52,317 nt of DNA. It comes from Candidatus Nomurabacteria bacterium. Its GTDB lineage: Bacteria > Patescibacteriota > Minisyncoccia > Phycocordibacterales > UBA9973. Below are positions 45,968 through 52,317 of the stretch, in pieces. The notes below the pieces were generated by a model. That model searched no databases, was not told the origin of the DNA, and saw nothing but the letters and a program-made list of their open reading frames with translations. The DNA is taken from NCBI GenBank assembly GCA_943356675.1, contig CALRFQ010000004.1, positions 1 through 52,317 on the forward strand, given 5' to 3'. Positions within the stretch are counted from its first letter, which is position 1. Each line of letters starts with the position of its first letter. A program made the position numbers and the translations under genes.

Positions 45968-47035
45968 ATGGGAGAAAATCATACAAAAACTACTATTTCA
46001 ATATCTACAGGGACCCTATTTCGGGTGCTACTTATTGGTGTGCTTGTGCTCGCTGTGTATAAGCTAAGGTCTCTTGTGCTCGTGCTTTTCACTGCTATAG
46101 TAATAGCTTCATTTATGCAGTCGGCACTTGCTAGGGTGAAGAAATATGTGCCAAACAGATCACTTGCTGCATTTATAATTTATTTTATTTCAATATCAAT
46201 ATTCGCAGGATTATTCTCTGTATTCATTCCAGTATTCCTCGAAGAAATGTCCGCACTTGTAGCACAGCTCGGACCATACATACCAAGCAATAGTATTCTG
46301 AATACTTTCCAGAGTTCTTCACTTACTGGTGCAAAAGATGTGGCTACAAGTATTGCTGGCAACGCATCGCTCGGTGATGTGATCAATAATGCGAAGAATT
46401 TAGCCGGAACTTTCTCTGGTGGATTTCTTGCGATCTTCAGTTCAGCATTCGATGGATTGTTTAATATGGCACTAATTGTAATTATTTCTTTTTATCTATC
46501 AGTGAATGAGAAGGGAATAGAAAATTTCCTACGCATAATTATCCCTGCGAAATTTGAAGAGTATGTGATAGGTCTTTGGCAGAGGACAGAGCGCAAGATT
46601 GGCTTATGGATCCAAGGTCAAATGCTTCTTGGTATTATTATTGGCGTGCTCTCATATCTAGGGCTCACAATCCTCGGGGTAAAGTATTCTCTAGTTCTCG
46701 CTCTTATTACAGCTTGTTTTGAGCTCATACCATTTGGAATGCTTCTTTCAATTTTGCCTGTTATATTATTCTCTTACTTAGATGGTGGCATATCATTGAC
46801 CGCGAAAGTTTCTGTGCTTTATTTTATGCTTCATCAATTTGAGAATTATTTGATTTATCCACTCATAGTGAAAAAGGTTATCGGTATATCTCCACTCATT
46901 GTAATCGTATCTCTTCTTGCTGGTGCAGAGCTAGCTGGGTTCTGGGGAGTAATACTTGCTATACCATGTGCAGTGCTCCTTCTCGAATTCCTAGATGACG
47001 TCGAAAAGAAAAAGATATTTTCTGAAACTAATTAA
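45968..47035 (+). CDS. AI-2E family transporter
   Basis: W..GQ, ELIP.G, Q.EN..I.P…GISP, G.WG.ILAIP. Confidence 0.92.
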   Translation: MGENHTKTTISISTGTLFRVLLIGVLVLAVYKLRSLVLVLFTAIVIASFMQSALARVKKYVPNRSLAAFIIYFISISIFAGLFSVFIPVFLEEMSALVAQLGPYIPSNSILNTFQSSSLTGAKDVATSIAGNASLGDVINNAKNLAGTFSGGFLAIFSSAFDGLFNMALIVIISFYLSVNEKGIENFLRIIIPAKFEEYVIGLWQRTERKIGLWIQGQMLLGIIIGVLSYLGLTILGVKYSLVLALITACFELIPFGMLLSILPVILFSYLDGGISLTAKVSVLYFMLHQFENYLIYPLIVKKVIGISPLIVIVSLLAGAELAGFWGVILAIPCAVLLLEFLDDVEKKKIFSETN

Positions 47036-47038
47036 TAT

Positions 47039-48490
47039 ATGAATAAAACATTTTACATTACAACTACACTTCCATATGTGAATGCACCACTGCATATGGG
47101 GCATGCACTTGAGTTTATTCGCACAGACGCTATAGCTCGCTACAAGATGGTTCAAGGATACGACGTGTATTTCAATACGGGTACTGATGAGCATGGAGTG
47201 AAGATATATGAGAAGGCAAATGAACAGGGTATGACAGCTCAAGAATTCGTAGACAAAGGCTTTGCAGTATTTAAAGAACAGCTTGAGATGTTTGGTGTAT
47301 CAAAAGATGTGCATTTTATACGCACTACAGATAAGCACCACGAGGAGGCCGCTCAAGAACTATGGAGAAGAGTGGAGAAGAATGGCTACATTTACAAGAA
47401 GAATTATGAAGCGAAGTATTGTGTGGGCTGTGAAAGTGAAAAGACTGATTCCGAGCTTGATGAAAAAGGGGAATGTAAGGATCACCCAGGCAGAGCACTC
47501 CAAATAATAAATGAAGAAAATTATTTCTTCAAGTATTCTGCATTTCAAGATAAACTTCTTGATTTTTATAGTAAGAATACAAAATTCGTAATTCCAGAAT
47601 TTCGCTTTAATGAAATGAAATCTTTTGTGGAAGGAGGACTTCAAGACTTTTCTATCTCACGTATCAAGTTAAAAATGCCTTGGGGAGTGACGGTGCCAGG
47701 AGATGAGAACCAAGTAATGTATGTGTGGTTTGATGCACTTACAAATTATATATCTACACTCGGCTGGCCAGAGAATAATGAGCAATTTGAGAAGTATTGG
47801 CTAAACGGAACACCCACACAGTATTGTGGCAAGGATAATACTCGCTTTCAGTCTGCAATGTGGCAAGCTATGCTTATGGCCGCAGAACTTCCAAATTCAC
47901 ACCAAGTGGTAGTGAATGGTTTCATTACTGCAGATGGTGGACTCAAGATGTCGAAGACACTTGGAAATGTAGTGGACCCTCGCGACATTGTAAATGAATA
48001 CGGTACAGATGCACTAAGATACTTTTTACTTGCCGAAGTTTCCTCTTTTGAAGATTCACCATTTACGATTGAGCGATTTAAAGATTCATATAATTCCGGA
48101 CTTGCAAATGGGATAGGGAATTTAACGAACCGTATTATGAAAATGGCAGAGACTAACCTCGAAGTTTGGCCAGAAATTCCTCAAATGACAATGACAGAAG
48201 ATTGGGTGCCTGCCATAACTGCTATGGAGAATTTCAATATTCAAGAAGCGATGGGTGTGCTAATGAAGCACGTGTCAGAGCTCGATGAGCTTATCCAGAG
48301 CAAACAACCTTTCAAACTCGTAAAGACAAATAAAGAAGAGGCAATCGAAATCATAAAAGACTTGGTAATTAAATTAAATAATATTGGCATAATGCTTGCT
48401 CCAGCACTCCCAGAAACAAGTAAAAAGATTTTGGAGATTGTAGCATCGAAGAAAATGCCAGAGGCACCGCTATTTCTTAGAAAAGATTAG
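47039..48490 (+). CDS. metG: Methionine--tRNA ligase (short form)
   Basis: LPYVNAPLHMGH, GTDEHG, YVWFDAL, KMSKT. Confidence 0.97.
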   Translation: MNKTFYITTTLPYVNAPLHMGHALEFIRTDAIARYKMVQGYDVYFNTGTDEHGVKIYEKANEQGMTAQEFVDKGFAVFKEQLEMFGVSKDVHFIRTTDKHHEEAAQELWRRVEKNGYIYKKNYEAKYCVGCESEKTDSELDEKGECKDHPGRALQIINEENYFFKYSAFQDKLLDFYSKNTKFVIPEFRFNEMKSFVEGGLQDFSISRIKLKMPWGVTVPGDENQVMYVWFDALTNYISTLGWPENNEQFEKYWLNGTPTQYCGKDNTRFQSAMWQAMLMAAELPNSHQVVVNGFITADGGLKMSKTLGNVVDPRDIVNEYGTDALRYFLLAEVSSFEDSPFTIERFKDSYNSGLANGIGNLTNRIMKMAETNLEVWPEIPQMTMTEDWVPAITAMENFNIQEAMGVLMKHVSELDELIQSKQPFKLVKTNKEEAIEIIKDLVIKLNNIGIMLAPALPETSKKILEIVASKKMPEAPLFLRKD

Positions 48491-48523
48491 CTTCATTTTA
48501 TCTTCACGAAATGGGTATATAAT
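48491..48523 (+). promoter_or_regulatory. CTTCA-N6-CTTCA direct repeat plus -10 box (putative response-regulator site)
   Basis: cttca ttttat cttca, then 11 nt, then TATAAT. The same geometry occurs at 50170-50202. Confidence 0.65.
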
Positions 48524-48529
48524 GAGTGT

Positions 48530-49195
48530 ATGAAGATACTTTTAGTGGAAGACAATGTAAAACTATCGAAGTCTATCAAGCAGGGGCTTGAGCAGGAGGG
48601 CTTTGCTGTGGACTGCCTTTTCGACGGTTTACTTGCTGAAAGCAGGCTTAAAATGAGCTCTGATGAGTATGATGTGGTTATCCTAGACAGAATGCTCCCT
48701 GGGAAAGATGGCGTATTGGTGTGCCGGTCCGTTCGTGATTCTGGCGTAACCGTGCCTATAATAATGCTTACAGCTCTTGATACAACTGGGGATAAGGTGG
48801 AAGGGCTTGATTCTGGAGCGGACGATTACTTGGCCAAACCTTTTGAATTCAGTGAGCTCGTAGCAAGACTGCACGCACTGCTTCGCCGCCCGAAGAACTT
48901 AGCACCTGATAAGGTAGAGCTAGGAGACATAGAGCTAGATACTACAAATAAAATCGTGAAGTATAAAGGTAAGGAAATTACTCTCACACTCAAGGAATTT
49001 ATGGTGCTGGAATATTTGATAAAAAATAGAGGTAAGGTGATCTCGAGAGACACTCTGTATTCACACGCTTGGGATTTCGCTGATTCATTATTTAGTAACA
49101 CTGTCGATGTGCATATTAAAAATTTACGTAAGAAGTTAAAAGACAATGGAAAAATTATTCAAACAGTACGAGGGTTGGGTTACAAAATTCAGTAA
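48530..49195 (+). CDS. OmpR/PhoB family response regulator
   Basis: LLVED, ILDRMLPG.DG, GADDYLAKPF, winged helix VDVHIKNLRKK…TVRGLGY. Confidence 0.97.
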   Translation: MKILLVEDNVKLSKSIKQGLEQEGFAVDCLFDGLLAESRLKMSSDEYDVVILDRMLPGKDGVLVCRSVRDSGVTVPIIMLTALDTTGDKVEGLDSGADDYLAKPFEFSELVARLHALLRRPKNLAPDKVELGDIELDTTNKIVKYKGKEITLTLKEFMVLEYLIKNRGKVISRDTLYSHAWDFADSLFSNTVDVHIKNLRKKLKDNGKIIQTVRGLGYKIQ

Positions 49196-50177
49196 TAAAT
49201 TAGAGAAAGACGCTTTTCTTAAAGCGCGTATTCGTCTTACATTAATTTATACAGGTACTGCTGCATTTATCCTTGGAGTTTTCAGTTATATATTGTACGG
49301 TTCACTCGTAGCTCAGCTTTATGACTCTATTCAAGATAAAATATTTGATCCAAAGCTTAGGCATTTATTTTTAGATCGTGCGCAAGACATAATTCAAAGC
49401 CGTATAATTTTCGATGACATAATCGTCCTATCGTTTGTGTTAGTCTTAGGATTTCTTCTTACGAAGTGGACACTAAAGCCTATAAAGGAAAGTATGGATA
49501 GGCAGAAAAGGTTTATAGCGGATGCATCACATGAGCTTCGCACACCTATCGCAATACTGAAAACTCAAGTGGAGGTAGCTATGAGGAAAAAGCAGATTTC
49601 AAATGGTGAAGCTCAAGAAATCCTAAATGATGTATTAGGTGAAGTGAATGTGCTTGCGAACCTCGCAAATAATTTGCTCAGTCTTTCCAAGCAAACTTCA
49701 GATATTTCTAAAAAAGGATTTACAAAAATTTCAGTAAACAAAATTTTAAATGAATCAATACTGAAAATGAATGTGATTGCGGAAGAGAAGAAGATTGCAT
49801 TAGTAAATAAGGTTGAGAGTATGGAGAGTTATGTAAACGGCGATTCTGTAATGCTTACTCAGCTATTCTTCAATATTTTAAACAATGCTATTAACTACAC
49901 ACCTGTGGGTGGAGTGATTACAATATCAAATAAAGTAAAGAATAATAATACTGTAATAAATATAGAGGATAATGGTAAAGGCATATCTCACGACAAGCTA
50001 CCTTATATTTTTGAACCATTTTATAGGTCACTTGATAGTGATACTGTGCAAGATGGGGCGGGTCTTGGGCTCACTATAGCGAAATCTATTGTGGATATAC
50101 ATAGTGGAGAGATATCTATAAAAAGTGAGGAAAATAAGGGCACAAATGTGGAGATAACTTTGCCTCTTACTTCATAA
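49146..50177 (+). CDS. Sensor histidine kinase (2 TM helices, short extracellular loop)
   Basis: H-box ADASHELRTP, N-box NILNNAINY, DNGKG, FEPFYR, GAGLGL. Confidence 0.95.
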   Translation: MEKLFKQYEGWVTKFSNKLEKDAFLKARIRLTLIYTGTAAFILGVFSYILYGSLVAQLYDSIQDKIFDPKLRHLFLDRAQDIIQSRIIFDDIIVLSFVLVLGFLLTKWTLKPIKESMDRQKRFIADASHELRTPIAILKTQVEVAMRKKQISNGEAQEILNDVLGEVNVLANLANNLLSLSKQTSDISKKGFTKISVNKILNESILKMNVIAEEKKIALVNKVESMESYVNGDSVMLTQLFFNILNNAINYTPVGGVITISNKVKNNNTVINIEDNGKGISHDKLPYIFEPFYRSLDSDTVQDGAGLGLTIAKSIVDIHSGEISIKSEENKGTNVEITLPLTS

Positions 50178-50202
50178 TACCTTCATGTAGCTTTGGTATA
50201 GT
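50170..50202 (+). promoter_or_regulatory. Second CTTCA-N6-CTTCA box plus extended -10 (TGGTATAGT)
   Basis: cttca taatac cttca, then 11 nt, then TATAGT. Confidence 0.65.
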
Positions 50203-50247
50203 TTACATACTTCAAAAGTCGTCGAAGTATTAATAAAAATAAATTTT

Positions 50248-50562
50248 ATGAATATCGAACTAAGTAAGAGTGAACCGCAGACAATAAGCGTGAGTAAGAA
50301 TAAAGTAATAGTTGCATTGTGTTTCGGAATACTTATTATGATTGCGATGAATCTGTGTATGGCGATGCAATTGCATCATGTAAGGGGTTTTGAAAGAGGT
50401 GGTGAGCGTTTTGGAAGAGGCAGTATGATGTATGGTAAGCAATTTAATAACCAGTATCCTACTATGATGCAGGGTTATAAATTAAATAGTCAGGCATCAG
50501 AAGGAGCTGCAACTATAAATTCTGGAGCTACTTCCGCGACCAAAGTAGCCCCAGCTCAATAA
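50248..50562 (+). CDS. Small membrane-anchored Gly/Met/Arg-rich hypothetical protein
   Basis: One TM helix followed by HHVRGFERGGERFGRGSMMYG. Confidence 0.7.
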   Translation: MNIELSKSEPQTISVSKNKVIVALCFGILIMIAMNLCMAMQLHHVRGFERGGERFGRGSMMYGKQFNNQYPTMMQGYKLNSQASEGAATINSGATSATKVAPAQ

Positions 50563-50591
50563 TAAATAAAAGAGTAATAGCTTCGATTAAT

Positions 50592-50620
50592 AAACAGCAC
50601 ACGCTCCCCGTGTGCTGTTT
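50592..50620 (+). terminator. Hairpin, probable terminator
   Basis: AAACAGCACACG-ctccc-CGTGTGCTGTTT. Confidence 0.7.
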
Positions 50621-50644
50621 GCTATTTTGTGCTAAATTATAGTT

Positions 50645-51487
50645 ATGGAATTCAAATACATAGACATACATGCACATACGAACTTCAAGGCCTTCGATGA
50701 GGACAGGAAGGAGACTATAGAGCGGGCACTAAATGCTGGGGTGATGGTGATGAACGTGGGCACACAGATAGATACCTCTAGGAAAGCCGTGGAAATGGCA
50801 AATGAATTTAATGAGGGAGTGTATGCCATTATAGGGCTCCACCCGATACATACTGGAGCGTCGTATCACGACGTGAAAGAGCTTGGTGAAGAGGGGAAGG
50901 CTTTCACTTCTCGCGGGGAAGAGTTCAATGCGGATGCATACCGAGCACTCCTTAGAGATCCAAAAGTTGTGGCTATTGGTGAATGCGGGCTAGATTACTA
51001 CAGATGCACAGAGGAAACTATTGCGAAGCAGAAGGAAGCTTTCATCGGGCAAATAAAACTTGCGAATGAATTTAAGAAGCCACTAATGCTCCATATTCGA
51101 AATAATCCTGAAGATAAAACTCATGATGCATACTCTGATTCACTAGAACTTTTGAAACAATATGCAGAAGTGAAAGGGGATGTGCACTTCTTCGCAGGTA
51201 GCTTAGAAATTGCGAAAGCATTCGTGGATTTCGGATTTACGATTTCATTTACTGGAGTGCTCACTTTCACTCATGACTATGATGAAGTAGTGAAAGCAAT
51301 CCCGCTTGAGATGATAATGACAGAAACAGATTCGCCATACATCACTCCTGTGCCATACCGCGGCAAGCGCAATGAGCCAATGCACGTGCGTGAAGTAGTA
51401 AAAAGAATCGCCGAAATAAAAGGACTCTCTGAAGAAGAAACAGCTAAGATCCTATTTGCTAATGCTAAGCGAGTATTTGGAATTTAA
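50645..51487 (+). CDS. tatD: TatD family DNase
   Basis: DIHAH, GLHP, AIGECGLDY, H.R, ETDSPY..P.PYRGKRNEP. Confidence 0.95.
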   Translation: MEFKYIDIHAHTNFKAFDEDRKETIERALNAGVMVMNVGTQIDTSRKAVEMANEFNEGVYAIIGLHPIHTGASYHDVKELGEEGKAFTSRGEEFNADAYRALLRDPKVVAIGECGLDYYRCTEETIAKQKEAFIGQIKLANEFKKPLMLHIRNNPEDKTHDAYSDSLELLKQYAEVKGDVHFFAGSLEIAKAFVDFGFTISFTGVLTFTHDYDEVVKAIPLEMIMTETDSPYITPVPYRGKRNEPMHVREVVKRIAEIKGLSEEETAKILFANAKRVFGI

Positions 51488-51519
51488 ATTACAAATTTTT
51501 TTGTTTAGTATTTTAAATA

Positions 51520-52317
51520 CTAGTTAATATTTTGATACCAAATATCATTGATTTTTACAAATTTGATTGTATATTTGGAAGTATTTCCATATTCATTTTG
51601 TTTATTAATTTTGACTGTGGCAAATGTTTCTTTAATATCCCATATTGTGTTTTTAGATGCAAAATCTTCTGGAACTATATCTCCGATTAAAAATGCATCT
51701 ACCATATTCATCATTTCTGTCAGTGCCTCATTATTGATAATATCATCAGTTGGCCCAAGAGGAGTAAGAATTAATATATATTTCGTAAATTCTTCAATAT
51801 CTCTAGCTATGATGATTTTTCTAAATAACGAAAATGATTCTTGAATTTTAATCTGTGTGGGACTTAATGAAACTATATCGTTTCTAATTACTGTAGGAGT
51901 TGTCTGGTGTTGTGCTAAGGTAAAAGGAAAATCCCTTACTACGAAATCAGTTGAGGTTAGTTCACCTACTGGCAATTTTAATCGCAATATTCCTTCGATT
52001 TTTACAATATCAGTATCTGAACCACTAGAAAGTTCACCAGAGGCAAATGCTAAAATATTTGGTGATGGATATTCCAAGTACTTTGTATTAATAATAGGCT
52101 CAAAGCTATCGTCAAAACTATCATTTAGTCTAATTAAATTTTTGCCAGATTGGTCAAAAGCCCCAGTAATTTTTATATTTACAGAATCTATGTCATTGTT
52201 TTTTACAATATTTGGTATTGGCACCATCCGTATTTCTAGACCAAAGTCACCTAGAATTATGGGTGACTTTGATTTATCATGAACTTTTATCATAGCAAAA
52301 CCAATATTTTGGGATAT
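51520..52317 (-). CDS. Hypothetical protein (probably 5' partial, frame open to the window end)
   Basis: There is no stop between ATG 52293 and base 52317. AT-rich; no recognised motif. Confidence 0.6.
   Translation of the reverse strand: MSQNIGFAMIKVHDKSKSPIILGDFGLEIRMVPIPNIVKNNDIDSVNIKITGAFDQSGKNLIRLNDSFDDSFEPIINTKYLEYPSPNILAFASGELSSGSDTDIVKIEGILRLKLPVGELTSTDFVVRDFPFTLAQHQTTPTVIRNDIVSLSPTQIKIQESFSLFRKIIIARDIEEFTKYILILTPLGPTDDIINNEALTEMMNMVDAFLIGDIVPEDFASKNTIWDIKETFATVKINKQNEYGNTSKYTIKFVKINDIWYQNIN

Noticed and set aside
1651-52282. Many 60-160 aa antisense or out-of-frame ORFs in the track (e.g. 12030-12521, 22849-23295, 51857-52282)
   Set aside because: They are shadows of well-supported genes, with no motifs or independent promoters.

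Overview
A gene-dense, AT-rich bacterial chromosome segment using standard code 11 (TGA is a stop, e.g. at 19542). Several features point to a Patescibacteria/CPR genome, most likely Parcubacteria (inference): rplK without rplA, an alpha2-type GlyRS, a type-2 IleRS, tandem Cys-rich proteins of a kind typical of CPR, and almost no Shine-Dalgarno motifs. In order, the window holds a DedA/GT2/sphingomyelin-synthase-like membrane operon, DUF475, an MFS transporter, two Cys-rich paralogs, a thioredoxin-DsbB-CutA-FKBP folding block, a MacAB-like ABC exporter, secE-nusG-rplK, an ~10 kb thymidylate/folate/nucleotide-sanitising island (MazG-like, folA, TrpR-like regulator, thyA, dCMP deaminase, glyA, NDT-like, CYTH, two NUDIX, tmk, dut), argS, three modular surface proteins (NHL or LRR heads with a peptidoglycan-binding tail), ileS with an inserted histidine-phosphatase domain, recO, glyQS, an M16 peptidase, an AI-2E transporter, metG, a two-component system and tatD. 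No rRNA, tRNA, CRISPR array, transposase, integrase or reverse transcriptase was recognised. The most notable signals are: a TrpR-family repressor with trp-operator-like ACTAGT palindromes inside the thymidylate island; degenerate 7-bp repeats inserted in frame into tRNA-synthetase genes; about 18 genes with a -10 box 6-8 nt before the ATG (probably leaderless); mosaic surface-protein paralogs; and a shared response-regulator box. All product calls come from motif recognition by eye, not from database searches.
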